From: Candidatus Woesearchaeota archaeon | GTDB taxonomy: Archaea > Nanobdellota > Nanobdellia > Pacearchaeales > UBA284 | Direction of reading: 5' to 3' | Assembly (NCBI GenBank): GCA_964599615.1 | Contig: CAZRGF010000003.1 | Coordinates: 26,289-90,288, forward strand | DNA: 64,000 nt | Shown: positions 1 to 9,455 of the stretch, in pieces | How the letters are laid out: the number at the start of each line of letters is the position of its first letter | Numbering within the stretch: position 1 is the first letter of the stretch | Program-made: the position numbers and the translations under genes | Notes under the pieces: model-generated | Database searches by the model: none | Seen by the model: only the letters and a program-made list of their open reading frames with translations | Told to the model about the DNA's origin: nothing

Positions 1-183
1 GCAGTAGTGAACAATATACTTTGGCTCTAGACCTTCTGCTTCCAACAAGTCTCTAGCATTCGCTACCTTGGAATGAAGTTGTCCGACATCTATATCATGA
101 TGTGCAACTACTGCCGTTAGAAAACACTTTTGTCGTGCTTCTTCCTCAGTTATTTTTTCTAATCCTTCTGTAAATGTGGTCAT
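1..183 (-). CDS. hypothetical protein; the window edge cuts off its C-terminal part
   Basis: ATG at 181-183 (complement) preceded by an SD-like caaggaggaaaataaa. The frame stays open to position 1 (MTTFTEGLEKITEEEARQK...). No motif recognised. Confidence 0.4.
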   Translation of the reverse strand, partial: MTTFTEGLEKITEEEARQKCFLTAVVAHHDIDVGQLHSKVANARDLLEAEGLEPKYIVHYC

Positions 184-201
184 TTTATTTTCCTCCTTGT
201 T

Positions 202-582
202 TTATTTAATTGTATCCTTAAAAAGCGAAACAATCGCTTCAATTGCCCGTCCCCTTATACTCGGGGCAGGAATTTCATCATGGTATAAAACTCTCCAGTA
301 TTTGGCATCCGGATATTCCCCCCTTAATTTATCTATTTCTGAATGTAATGCTCTTATTCTTTCGTCATCTTCTGGGTGAGGGCACATAGTTGTGGCATAA
401 AAATCATCCATACCCGGAATAGAGTATCTAACTAATTCAGTTCCCAAATAAATCTTACCCTTTGCTCCTGCTTCATCTAATTGAGTAAAACCTACGGTGC
501 TATAATGGGTTTTTTGGAGACCTTTTTCTAGATTTCTCCATAAAATACGTGGAATTTTTGTTTGTTCTTTTTTTTCTGTCAT
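202..582 (-). CDS. hypothetical protein (126 aa)
   Basis: ORF-track ORF, co-directional with and 18 nt upstream of the next ORF. No motif recognised. Confidence 0.5.
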   Translation of the reverse strand: MTEKKEQTKIPRILWRNLEKGLQKTHYSTVGFTQLDEAGAKGKIYLGTELVRYSIPGMDDFYATTMCPHPEDDERIRALHSEIDKLRGEYPDAKYWRVLYHDEIPAPSIRGRAIEAIVSLFKDTIK

Positions 583-616
583 TTTGTTTTTCTCCTTTGT
601 TTTTATTTATTTTTTA

Positions 617-649
617 ATTATCAAGTGTTGTTTTTCACCACTTGATAAT
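617..649. promoter_or_regulatory. 11-bp inverted repeat (ATTATCAAGTG-N11-CACTTGATAAT) in a divergent promoter region; candidate operator
   Basis: Arms at 617-627 and 639-649 are perfect reverse complements. The site lies between the divergent ORF 202..582 and the TrmB-family gene at 750. Confidence 0.4.
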
Positions 650-749
650 AGTTATATGAAACCCACTTATTTAAACATTTGTTGTAATCTTAACAACAAC
701 AAAAACACAAGATTTTTATATGCCCAGAGAATAGAAAGAATAGTATAAC

Positions 750-1475
750 ATGACAATAAATAATGAAATTCTTCAAGAAATCGGCTTAAGCACAACAGAA
801 TCAAAGGTTTATCTTGCACTATTAACCTTAGGAAGTGCCCTAGCTGGTGAAATCACTAGACAAGCTGAAATAAACCGAACAAATGTCTACGATGCACTTG
901 AAAGGCTTGTTTCTAAAGGGCTTGTTACATATTCTATAAGCGCAAATAGAAAAGTGTTTGAACCAGTCAGTCCATCAAGATTAAAAGAAATTATTAAAGA
1001 AAAAGAAGAAAGATTAAATTCTTTGATTCCAGAGTTGGAAACAAAGTTCAAAGAAAGTAAGCAGAAAGAAGAAGCTTTAATTTTCAAAGGAAAAAAAGGC
1101 ATAAAGTCAATATTTGAAGATATTCTTAAAGAAAAACAAGAACTTTTGGTCTATGGTGCTGAAAGTAAGTTTCAAGAAATGTTTCCAGCTTATCAAAAAG
1201 AGTGGAATAAAGAAAGAGCAAAGTTCAGAATAAATGTCAAGATGATTTATAATGAAAAAGTGAAAAGTAAAAAGAAACACGAAGGATTAAAACTTATCTC
1301 TATGAAGTTTCTGCCAGAAACTTATGATTTTCCCTCTACCATTTTGATATATGGCGATAAAGTTGTAACGGTTGTCTGGACAGAGCTCCCATTAGGATTT
1401 ATGATAAAAAGTCAAGAAGCTGTAAAAAGCAATATAAATTTCTTTGATCTACTCTGGAAAATTGCTAAAAATTAA
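750..1475 (+). CDS. TrmB-family transcriptional regulator
   Basis: N-terminal wHTH (LSTTESKVYLALLTLGSALAGEITRQAEINRTNVYDALERLVSKGLV). Full-length paralogue of 8062..8760. Confidence 0.8.
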   Translation: MTINNEILQEIGLSTTESKVYLALLTLGSALAGEITRQAEINRTNVYDALERLVSKGLVTYSISANRKVFEPVSPSRLKEIIKEKEERLNSLIPELETKFKESKQKEEALIFKGKKGIKSIFEDILKEKQELLVYGAESKFQEMFPAYQKEWNKERAKFRINVKMIYNEKVKSKKKHEGLKLISMKFLPETYDFPSTILIYGDKVVTVVWTELPLGFMIKSQEAVKSNINFFDLLWKIAKN

Positions 1476-1479
1476 AGAA

Positions 1480-2304
1480 TTAGACATAAAAACCGCATTT
1501 CTTGCAAATATCTAAATAAAATTTGCCTTTTCTTGAATCTATTCTAAAATCTTGATAATCTTTGGAACACCAGACTTGTGACAAGCTCTCATTTCTTAAA
1601 TCACCAAAAACAAATTCTCCAAAAAAATCATTGCAGCAAGCAAGAAACTTTCCTTCTACGTTAACTGCAACATTGTTACTGGGGATGATGCATCTTTGCA
1701 TTTTACAATATTCCCCAGCTGAAGCATTTCCACGATTTGCCTTAATTCCAAGTCTCCTGTAGACTATCCCTTTTCTTTCACCTTTCACTGATTTTTCAAA
1801 CCATTCTAAAAATTTCTCGGGTTTTCTTCCTTCATGCCCTGTTACAATAAACAAATTGACTCCACTTTCTCTTAATCTTGAGTAAACCTCTTCATTTAAG
1901 TAATCGCCATTGCTATAAATCCATATTCTCGCCCTAGGAAGTTTTTGCCTAGTAAAAGAGATTAATTCAGGAAGTCTAGTATCTAATAAAGGTTCTCCAT
2001 AAAGATGGGGCGCAACAACTCCCACATAATCCATGACCTCTAAATCAAAAATTATTTTTTTGAATAATTCTTCAGGCATCAATCTTTTTTCTCTTTTGTA
2101 TTCAGAATTTGGACAATAAGAACAAGCCCTGTTGCATTCGGTTGTAGTCTCTATCTCTATTTTCGAAAAAATATTAAAATTGCCCTTTCTTAAAAAATAT
2201 CTTGTTCTCCAGAGTAAGATTTTATCAATTTCATGAGAATTTAGTTCAAACGGCGTGGGGTATAATGAGAGCGATGCTTTTTTCAAGATTTTTTCTAAGT
2301 TCAT
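1480..2304 (-). CDS. radical SAM protein with a Cys-rich SPASM/twitch-like C-terminus
   Basis: CNRACSYC (CxxxCxxC) near the N-terminus. C-terminal cysteines: CIIPS, ACCNDF, CSKD, CKKCG. Confidence 0.8.
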   Translation of the reverse strand: MNLEKILKKASLSLYPTPFELNSHEIDKILLWRTRYFLRKGNFNIFSKIEIETTTECNRACSYCPNSEYKREKRLMPEELFKKIIFDLEVMDYVGVVAPHLYGEPLLDTRLPELISFTRQKLPRARIWIYSNGDYLNEEVYSRLRESGVNLFIVTGHEGRKPEKFLEWFEKSVKGERKGIVYRRLGIKANRGNASAGEYCKMQRCIIPSNNVAVNVEGKFLACCNDFFGEFVFGDLRNESLSQVWCSKDYQDFRIDSRKGKFYLDICKKCGFYV

Positions 2305-2353
2305 AAATCCCCTAGAATAATCGATTTTTAAGTATTTATATCATAAAACACAA

Positions 2354-2812
2354 CTACTTATCAAACTCATTTAAAACAATAGAGGTCTGTGTTCTTTCTA
2401 CCCCTTCCATTTTTCTCAATCTTTTTATCAGAAACTCATTCAAATCTTTTATGCTATTCACCCTTACTTTCGCTAGAATATCTGTTAGACCAGTAATGGT
2501 ATAAACTTGCGTTATCCCTTCTACTTTCAAAATCTCTTTTGCAATCATATCTTGATCTTTGCCAATTCCCTCTATGTGGTCTTTTCCAACACTGATTAAA
2601 ATCCATGCTTGAACCATTCTTCCTAATTTGATTTCATCAATATCAATAGTATACTTTTTTATAACTTTGTTTTGCTCAAGTTTCTTGATTCTGTGGTGTA
2701 TAGTAGTTATAGGCAGATTTAGTTTTCTTGAAAGCTTGCTAGTTGAAAGTTTAGAATCTTCTCTTAGTGCACGTATTATCTTATTATCTTTATCGTCGAT
2801 TCTTAATTCCAT
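2354..2812 (-). CDS. Lrp/AsnC-family transcriptional regulator
   Basis: HTH (KIIRALREDSKLSTSKLSRKLNLPITTIHHRIKKLEQNKVI) followed by a C-terminal AsnC-type ligand domain. 152 aa. Confidence 0.85.
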   Translation of the reverse strand: MELRIDDKDNKIIRALREDSKLSTSKLSRKLNLPITTIHHRIKKLEQNKVIKKYTIDIDEIKLGRMVQAWILISVGKDHIEGIGKDQDMIAKEILKVEGITQVYTITGLTDILAKVRVNSIKDLNEFLIKRLRKMEGVERTQTSIVLNEFDK

Positions 2813-2944
2813 TTTTCCGATTATCTTCTATTTATGGAACAAACATTCCACTATTTAAATACTTTTTGGTTTTTTAGGCATATTATTCCTTATTTTCTCA
2901 CATATTCTTATATACAACTAATCATTAAACCCATTAGAGACAAA

Positions 2945-3301
2945 ATGGTTAAAGGAACTCCTGAAGAAACAAAAAATTCCATGGAGAGGATGTATCAAGA
3001 TAGGACTCTTGTAACTCTACCAGGAATTCTTTCAAGTATGTTTGGAGTTTTATTTGGGATTACAGCAATTTATCATACAATCCATTTATTTAAAGGAAAA
3101 AAAAGTGGAATCTGGACAAGATTAGCAATTTTGATAGAATACACCACTGCTTCCATCTTAATCTGTATCCCATTTAACAAACCAGTTCTAGGATTACTGG
3201 TTGGATCTTCAATTGGAATTCTAATTAATCTCCTCGATTTTATCTTAGAACAATTTCAGATTCACCCAACAAGAAAATTAAATAAAAAATCAAAAAAATA
3301 A
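2945..3301 (+). CDS. small membrane protein
   Basis: Start taken at the internal ATG (MVKGTPEE). Three hydrophobic helices. The upstream part of the track ORF overlaps the promoter region. Confidence 0.5.
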   Translation: MVKGTPEETKNSMERMYQDRTLVTLPGILSSMFGVLFGITAIYHTIHLFKGKKSGIWTRLAILIEYTTASILICIPFNKPVLGLLVGSSIGILINLLDFILEQFQIHPTRKLNKKSKK

Positions 3302-3339
3302 ATCAAAAATTTTGAAATTAAATTTTAGGAGGTATAAAA

Positions 3340-3660
3340 ATGAAAACCTTGGACCAAAGCGTTACAGTTAATCAATTAGGAGAACCAGTCATAAAAGTTA
3401 GCAAAGACAACAGAATTGAAGTAGATTTTGAATGGTTATTGAAGTATGGGGGATATCCTGCGACCTCAGTTCTTGCACCCGCACTAGAAATTTCTGGGAT
3501 TCACTACCAATTTTCCCACCAATCTGGAAAATCCAAGATAGTGAGAAGCCTGTTAAGAGGTTTAACCAATTATGTAAAACAATATGGCGAAATGAGTGTC
3601 AGAACATTTGCAGAATCTCAATATTTCAGAACATCCAAATCTTCAGCACAAGCAGCATAG
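3340..3660 (+). CDS. hypothetical protein (106 aa)
   Basis: Strong SD (taggaggtataaaaATG). No motif recognised. Confidence 0.5.
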   Translation: MKTLDQSVTVNQLGEPVIKVSKDNRIEVDFEWLLKYGGYPATSVLAPALEISGIHYQFSHQSGKSKIVRSLLRGLTNYVKQYGEMSVRTFAESQYFRTSKSSAQAA

Positions 3661-3798
3661 CTAACCCCAAAAAAATGGAATCTGAATTAGAATTTGCTGA
3701 TTTGAAAAAACAGAAGATTCAAGATTTAGAAAAGCAAGAAGCTGAATTAGATGAACTCTGCGATGAAGAACTTTATTTAACTTAGTTTTTATTTTAAT

Positions 3799-4386
3799 TT
3801 ACTTTGCTCGCAGATCAAGTTCATTCTGCAAGAGGGTAAGTGATTGACTTGCAAAATACATAACTTTTCCCAAAGAAATCTTCTGGGTAATTTTTTCAAC
3901 AGATTTCTTCTCCTGTTTTGGGATTCCTTCATGATCTCCAAGAACAAAAACAGAGTTATTGTCAAGTTTAGCATTTCTCAATTGTTCACCACTAACATCT
4001 AACAAGTAAATGCTTTTTCCTTCTTTCTTTAAATCCTCAACAACATCAAGAAAACTTTTTCTTTCAATGAAACATGAATCAAAAACTTCTATTTTCTGGC
4101 CTTTCTTGTATTTGTAAAGCATCTTCTTGATTAATCCAGCAACATCTTTCTTAGAAAAAAAATCTTTGTTTTTTTCATTTATCTCCAATATAATGTGTTT
4201 TGGTGGATCTGGCTGTCCATAAAAAACAAGATGAAGCCTTACTTCTGGCCTTATTGCATTTGAGACAAAAAAGCTATTAATAACAAAATGGCACACAATA
4301 TCCATTCTTCCAGCATCTTTTAATCTTGAATCATCAAAATTCCCTGTTGTACATGCTTTTGATGAAAAATAGATGAATTCTCTCAT
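3799..4386 (-). CDS. trmY: SPOUT methyltransferase resembling tRNA pseudouridine-54 N1-methyltransferase TrmY
   Basis: N-terminus (REFIYFSSKA...DAGRMDIVCHFVINSFFVS...VRLHLVFYGQPDPPK) resembles the archaeal TrmY/DUF358 pattern. Start set at the second ATG, about 26 nt downstream of a tttaaaaa TATA-like box; the track start is 4401. Confidence 0.6.
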   Translation of the reverse strand: MREFIYFSSKACTTGNFDDSRLKDAGRMDIVCHFVINSFFVSNAIRPEVRLHLVFYGQPDPPKHIILEINEKNKDFFSKKDVAGLIKKMLYKYKKGQKIEVFDSCFIERKSFLDVVEDLKKEGKSIYLLDVSGEQLRNAKLDNNSVFVLGDHEGIPKQEKKSVEKITQKISLGKVMYFASQSLTLLQNELDLRAK

Positions 4387-4499
4387 GTTTATTCTAAACA
4401 TACAAGATTTTTAAACTTATATCTATAATTTATGATGCTCCACATTTTCGAAACATCCTTCTAGAACAAAAACATACAAACCACATAAAAACTGAAAAT

Positions 4500-4778
4500 T
4501 TATAACCCAAAAGTCTTCTGGAACTCTTTCATCTGCAAAAGGCTAGTTAAAAAGTCTTTTCCTTTCTTGGTTATAGCAATCTGTTTCTTCTCTTTCTCAA
4601 AAGTCTCATTCACCAGTCCTTTGCTCTTCATTTCCCCTAGATACGCCTTCATTTGAGCATAAGAAAGATTAGATTTATACATTAAATGCGTTGGTTTTAT
4701 CTGCCCATTTTTTTCAGAAATGCATTTAAGCATATCCAGAATAATATCTACCCTAGTTCTTTTTGAGTCTCTTACCAT
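4500..4778 (-). CDS. small winged-helix DNA-binding protein
   Basis: 92 aa with a wHTH-like pattern (ILDMLKCISEKNGQIKPTHLMYKSNLSYAQMKAYLGEMKSKGLV). Overlaps the upstream membrane ORF by 26 nt. Confidence 0.55.
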   Translation of the reverse strand: MVRDSKRTRVDIILDMLKCISEKNGQIKPTHLMYKSNLSYAQMKAYLGEMKSKGLVNETFEKEKKQIAITKKGKDFLTSLLQMKEFQKTFGL

Positions 4779-5478
4779 GGTAAAATATGACTATCATTAG
4801 ATACAAGAGGATTATAAATGCTACTAATTGGAGCAAGCCCGCCAGTATATATGTTGCGGGATTTATAGCCACAAAGACAAGCAGCATATAGCTTATGAAC
4901 AGAATGATGAAAGCGATTGACAAAACTAAAGATCTTTTTAAATTTACTTTTCTATAAACACGATAGTAATTAAAGGAAATGATTAAAGAGAATAAGGCAG
5001 CTGTAGCAGCGAAGAAATGAAATGCCACTGAAGTCAATATTGCCAATACCATGATTAAGTAGATTACTATCAAATGATTTAATCTTGAAACTTTATTGTT
5101 CTTTTTTGAATTGTTATATAAAAAATAAAACCCTAACAAAGCAAATAGCCTATAAAAAAAGCCAGCCACATAGTTCACTATCTCCAATGGCCTTGTAGCC
5201 CTAGAGGCGATTATTACATTTCCAAGATGGAAAAAGCTAGTCAAATCATAGTAAATCTTAAGGTTCATGAATATCTCAAAGAATTCGCCTAAACCAATCA
5301 GCAAAAAAGATATCCCTAGATAAAAGAAGCTCTTGTTTTTGCTTAACTTATAATAACTCCAGCTGGTTATAGTAAAAGCTACAAGTATGATAAAACTAAA
5401 AAAATCTATTATCAAATCAGGCGCAAAAAACCACTGTGGAGGCAGAATTAATCCCATCCTCGATAAAACTTTTTTCAC
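4753..5478 (-). CDS. polytopic membrane protein, function unknown
   Basis: About 7 hydrophobic segments. No catalytic motif recognised. Confidence 0.6.
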   Translation of the reverse strand: MKKVLSRMGLILPPQWFFAPDLIIDFFSFIILVAFTITSWSYYKLSKNKSFFYLGISFLLIGLGEFFEIFMNLKIYYDLTSFFHLGNVIIASRATRPLEIVNYVAGFFYRLFALLGFYFLYNNSKKNNKVSRLNHLIVIYLIMVLAILTSVAFHFFAATAALFSLIISFNYYRVYRKVNLKRSLVLSIAFIILFISYMLLVFVAINPATYILAGLLQLVAFIILLYLMIVIFYHGKRLKKN

Positions 5479-5578
5479 TTTAAAAACTTTATGAATTTGA
5501 ATTCTATATCTTGATTATGTATCTCCTTTTCACAATTGATTTAAAAACCAAGTCTCTAGTGTTTTTGGAGGTGAAAAA

Positions 5579-5800
5579 ATGCAGATTCAACACAAACAAA
5601 ATCTGACCGGAGATCAAACAGAAGATACAAAACAACTCTTAAGATACATAACTGGAAAAAGTTCAAAAATGCCTAGACTGGACAAAGGACAACAAAGAGA
5701 AATTTTGATGTTAACAAATTTAGGCCTTAAAAACTATGAAATACAATATCTCATGCATCTCAAGAACAAAGAGAAGTTGGAACAGAAGTGGAAGAGGTAG
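5579..5800 (+). CDS. small hypothetical protein, possibly HTH
   Basis: SD ggaggtgaaaaaATG. The segment LDKGQQREILMLTNLGLKNYEIQYLM looks like a short HTH. Confidence 0.4.
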   Translation: MQIQHKQNLTGDQTEDTKQLLRYITGKSSKMPRLDKGQQREILMLTNLGLKNYEIQYLMHLKNKEKLEQKWKR

Positions 5801-5845
5801 TATTCTCTTTCCTTTGACAAGCAAAAAACGCAGGCGTAACCTGAT

Positions 5846-6685
5846 TTAATTTGCTCTTAAATTTTTTAGCATAGAACAAACCTTACAAACTTCATTCCTA
5901 GAAGGCTCACCGCACTCCTTGCAGTAAACTAATTTTCCAATAATCTTTTTCCGCATCTCTTTTTGAATATCAAGAAAATTCAAGACCAAATTTTCTTTCA
6001 AGTTGGAATTTTCTTTTTCGAGGATGTCCAATTCTTTTCTTATCTTATGCCTCAAAGCTCCAACAACGCAGGGGCATCTTTGATAAAGGACAGGAAAGTT
6101 ATTTTTTCTAGAATAAAGTTCAACATCTTTCTCTTTCATGAAATACAAAGGTTTTATTCTCGCGACAAATTTCTTATCTTTGATACTTCCAGTCAAAGGT
6201 CCAAGATTAATCCCAAGCATCGGATTTCCATGCATGAGATTCATGAAAACATTCTGAGCTTCATCATCAAGATTATGGCCTGTAGCAATCTTGTCTGCCC
6301 CAAGCTCACGAGATTTTTTATTGATAATCCACCTCCTTATTATCCCACAAACAGTGCATTGTCTTAATTTGGCTTTTTCTTTTAAAACAGATTTGACATA
6401 ACACATAGCATAACCGATTTCTTTTCTTACATCGTAGACATGCAATGGAATCTTATGTTCAAGACAAAACTTTCTGACATCTAGCTCATTTTCATCGCTC
6501 CATTTTCCCATAAGCAGGTTGATATGGATTGCATGGACATTATATCCAAATTTTCTAAGAAGATAAGTTACAACAGTAGAATCCTTGCCTCCAGACATTG
6601 CTACAACAATCTTGTCATTCTTCGAAACAAGATTGTACTTTTTGATGGTCTTTTTTACTTTAAGTTCAAATTCACTTGGTTTCAT
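5846..6685 (-). CDS. PP-loop ATPase, tRNA 2-thiolation enzyme (TtuA/NcsA/TtcA family)
   Basis: SGGKDS PP-loop, GHNLDDEAQ, CTVCG and PC motifs, and a C-terminal CKECG...CKVC zinc ribbon. Confidence 0.8.
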   Translation of the reverse strand: MKPSEFELKVKKTIKKYNLVSKNDKIVVAMSGGKDSTVVTYLLRKFGYNVHAIHINLLMGKWSDENELDVRKFCLEHKIPLHVYDVRKEIGYAMCYVKSVLKEKAKLRQCTVCGIIRRWIINKKSRELGADKIATGHNLDDEAQNVFMNLMHGNPMLGINLGPLTGSIKDKKFVARIKPLYFMKEKDVELYSRKNNFPVLYQRCPCVVGALRHKIRKELDILEKENSNLKENLVLNFLDIQKEMRKKIIGKLVYCKECGEPSRNEVCKVCSMLKNLRAN

Positions 6686-6761
6686 AAAATCCTAAATACA
6701 ACTAACTTAAAAACATTTTTAAATCTCCTAAACATAATTTGAGTATAAAAAAGAGGGTAAA

Positions 6762-8054
6762 ATGCAATACGAGGATTATGTTCACTTAAATTACACACCA
6801 AGGAAATCTGATTTAATCTGTGAGTTCTACGCAGATCCCTCTAAAAATCAGACTCTAAAAAGAGCAGCTGGAGCAGTCGCATCTGAATCTTCTGTCGGAA
6901 CCTGGACAAATGTTACTACATCTACAAAAAAAACAGGAAAACTTGCTGCAAAAGTTTATGAAATTAATAGTAAAAACAGGATTTTCAAAATAGCTTACCC
7001 TATTGATTTATTTGAACCAGGGAACATGCCCCAAATACTTTCAAGCATAGCTGGGAATATATTCGGGATGAAGATTGTAGATAACTTAAAATTATTAGAT
7101 ATACATTTTCCAGAAAAAATAATCAATAGTTTTAAAGGCCCAGAATATGGAATTCTTGGAATTAGAAAAAAACTCAAGATAATTGACAGGCCATTAGTAG
7201 GAACAATAGTCAAACCAAAAGTAGGTTTGCACCCAAAAGAACAGGCAAGAGTAGCTTACAATGCCTGGATTGGTGGCTGTGACATAGTAAAAGATGATGA
7301 GAATCTTTCAAGTCTCAAGTTCAATAAATTCAGAACCAGAGTTATAGAAGTCCTAAAAACTAAGGAAAAAGCTGAAAAAATTACTGGTGAGAAAAAGATG
7401 TACATGCCCAACATCACCGCTGAAACATTTGAGATGTTAAGAAGGATGAAGTTCGTTAAAGACCATGGAGGAATTTGCACGATGGTAGACATTTTAACAA
7501 TGGGCTGGAGTTCTTTACAAACTGTTCGGAATTATAATGATGATCTGAAATTGATTATTCATGCCCATAGGGCAGGCCACGCAGCATTAACTAGAGAAAG
7601 AAAACATGGAATTTCAATGTTAACCATATCAAAAATATCAAGACTAATAGGAGTAGATCAATTGCATATCGGAACAATGATTGGAAAAATGCAGGGAAAA
7701 GAAGAAATCCCCATTATTGACCAGGAAATAGAAGAATCAATGATTATGCCAAAAAAAGGACTTTTCTTCATAAAAGGGGGCCATATGTTGGAACAAAACT
7801 GGGGCAAGATAAAACCAGTTTTTGCTGTCTGCTCAGGAGGTTTAAATCCAGTTCATGCCCCATATTTAATAAATCATCTCGGAAGAAACATCATCTTGCA
7901 GTTTGGCGGCGGCATTCATGGACATAAGATGGGAACAATCGCTGGTTCAAGAGCATGCAGACAAGCTGTTAATGCAACTTTAAATGGAATTTCTCTACAA
8001 GACTACGCATTAAATCACAAAGAACTTGCTCAAGCACTAAAACAATGGGACTAA
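6762..8054 (+). CDS. rbcL: ribulose-1,5-bisphosphate carboxylase/oxygenase large subunit, form III-type
   Basis: GTIVKPKVGL, GGCDIVKDDENL (carbamyl-Lys context), HAHRAGHAA and GGGIHGHKMG. 430 aa with no small subunit nearby. Confidence 0.9.
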   Translation: MQYEDYVHLNYTPRKSDLICEFYADPSKNQTLKRAAGAVASESSVGTWTNVTTSTKKTGKLAAKVYEINSKNRIFKIAYPIDLFEPGNMPQILSSIAGNIFGMKIVDNLKLLDIHFPEKIINSFKGPEYGILGIRKKLKIIDRPLVGTIVKPKVGLHPKEQARVAYNAWIGGCDIVKDDENLSSLKFNKFRTRVIEVLKTKEKAEKITGEKKMYMPNITAETFEMLRRMKFVKDHGGICTMVDILTMGWSSLQTVRNYNDDLKLIIHAHRAGHAALTRERKHGISMLTISKISRLIGVDQLHIGTMIGKMQGKEEIPIIDQEIEESMIMPKKGLFFIKGGHMLEQNWGKIKPVFAVCSGGLNPVHAPYLINHLGRNIILQFGGGIHGHKMGTIAGSRACRQAVNATLNGISLQDYALNHKELAQALKQWD

Positions 8055-8061
8055 AAGATTT

Positions 8062-8760
8062 TCATTTTTTGGCAATTCTCCACATTAACTCAAAATAATT
8101 CCGATAACCATCTGCAATCTCTTTATTTTTTATAACAATCGCAATTGGTTTCTTGGCCCAGAGAATTATGGCAGTTTTATCTCCATAAATATTAACAGCA
8201 ACCGGGCTTGAATACTTTTTAGGAAGATATTTTATTTCAGCTAAAGGAATTTTTTTCATCTCCCTGTCCTCTGCAATTATCCTCACCCTTACTTTTTTCT
8301 CTTTTCTTGCTTTGTCATACCACTTAAAATAAAAATTTAGGGTTTCATATGCTTTTGAAGAAGCTCCAAGAATCAATATTTCTTTGTTACTCAGCTGATC
8401 CTCAAAAATACTTTTCAACCCTTCCTTGCCTTTATAAAAATTTGTTTCTTCTTTTTCCTTTGTTTTAAGATATTTAAATCCCAAATCTTGGATAAACGGA
8501 CCAAGTATATCTTCTTTCTCTTTTATAATTTGCATAATCCTGCTGGGATTAACTGCCTGAAACAATTTCCTATTGTTCTTGAGAATATATCCCACAAGAC
8601 CTTTTTTAATCAGCATCTCAGTAGTATCATAAACTGTTCTTCTATGCAAACCGCTATTCCTTGAAATTTCTCCAGCTAAACTAGGCCCAAGATCTAATAA
8701 TGAAAGATAGACTTTAGACTCATTCTCAGTTAAACCCGCTTCTTTCAATTCATTTACCAT
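8062..8760 (-). CDS. TrmB-family transcriptional regulator
   Basis: wHTH (LTENESKVYLSLLDLGPSLAGEISRNSGLHRRTVYDTTEMLIKKGLV). Paralogue of 750..1475. Confidence 0.8.
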   Translation of the reverse strand: MVNELKEAGLTENESKVYLSLLDLGPSLAGEISRNSGLHRRTVYDTTEMLIKKGLVGYILKNNRKLFQAVNPSRIMQIIKEKEDILGPFIQDLGFKYLKTKEKEETNFYKGKEGLKSIFEDQLSNKEILILGASSKAYETLNFYFKWYDKARKEKKVRVRIIAEDREMKKIPLAEIKYLPKKYSSPVAVNIYGDKTAIILWAKKPIAIVIKNKEIADGYRNYFELMWRIAKK

Positions 8761-8884
8761 AAACTTGAGATATTTACTTGTTTATATATTTTTCTAATGT
8801 GGAGGTAAATATCACCACACAAATCTAAATACATTTTTGTATCTAGTATATTGAGCGAAATAATAAATTTAACAGGAGGTTAAA

Positions 8885-9364
8885 ATGACAGAAAAATTAG
8901 AAAAACAGATAATAGAATTAATTGCAACTGATAGATTAAGCATTCCCATGTCTAGTCTTTCAAGCAAATTAACAAGAACCAAACAAAAACTAGCAGAGCA
9001 TATGGACTTATCGGAACATGACAATGATTATGTTGGTGAAAGAGTATATGCCCGAGTTGAAGAAGAATACAGTACTCAAAAAGCTAGAACCATAAGAGAA
9101 GCTGTTGATGATTTCTCAGAGAGATATCCTTCCTATGGAAAAATCCTAAATGGAATGATTGAAGCTAAGAGAGAATCAAAAGATACTTCTTTGTATTTTG
9201 GAGTTATGCCTAGCAAAAAATTGAATTCACAAGATTATGTAGAAGTTATGAAAAGTCTTGGATTCACAGGAAATGCAGCAAGTGCCCTATATCCTAGTTT
9301 AATGAATGCAAGTAGAAGAATCTCAAAGAAAAGAGATGAAGATAGAAGCATCTTATTGAAATAG
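8885..9364 (+). CDS. hypothetical protein (159 aa)
   Basis: SD aggaggttaaaATG. No motif recognised. Confidence 0.5.
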   Translation: MTEKLEKQIIELIATDRLSIPMSSLSSKLTRTKQKLAEHMDLSEHDNDYVGERVYARVEEEYSTQKARTIREAVDDFSERYPSYGKILNGMIEAKRESKDTSLYFGVMPSKKLNSQDYVEVMKSLGFTGNAASALYPSLMNASRRISKKRDEDRSILLK

Positions 9365-9412
9365 GTAATCAGAAAATCTATCCGAATTGTTAAAAAATTT
9401 ATTTTTTTAGTC

Positions 9413-9438
9413 TCTAGAAAATCTAAAAATTTTCTGGA
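9413..9438. terminator. hairpin between convergent genes, flanked by T/A runs
   Basis: tctagaaaat-ctaaaa-attttctgga (9/10 pairing) with T-runs on both sides. Lies between the 3' ends of 8885..9364(+) and copA(-). Confidence 0.3.
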
Positions 9439-9455
9439 GGTATTTTTTCTTTTTT

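Noticed and set aside
3432-3785. A 117-aa ORF overlapping 3340..3660 in another frame.
   Set aside because: Most of it overlaps the better-supported SD-preceded ORF. Only its last 36 codons (MESELEFADL..., 3675-3785) are free-standing, and I could not support that as a gene.
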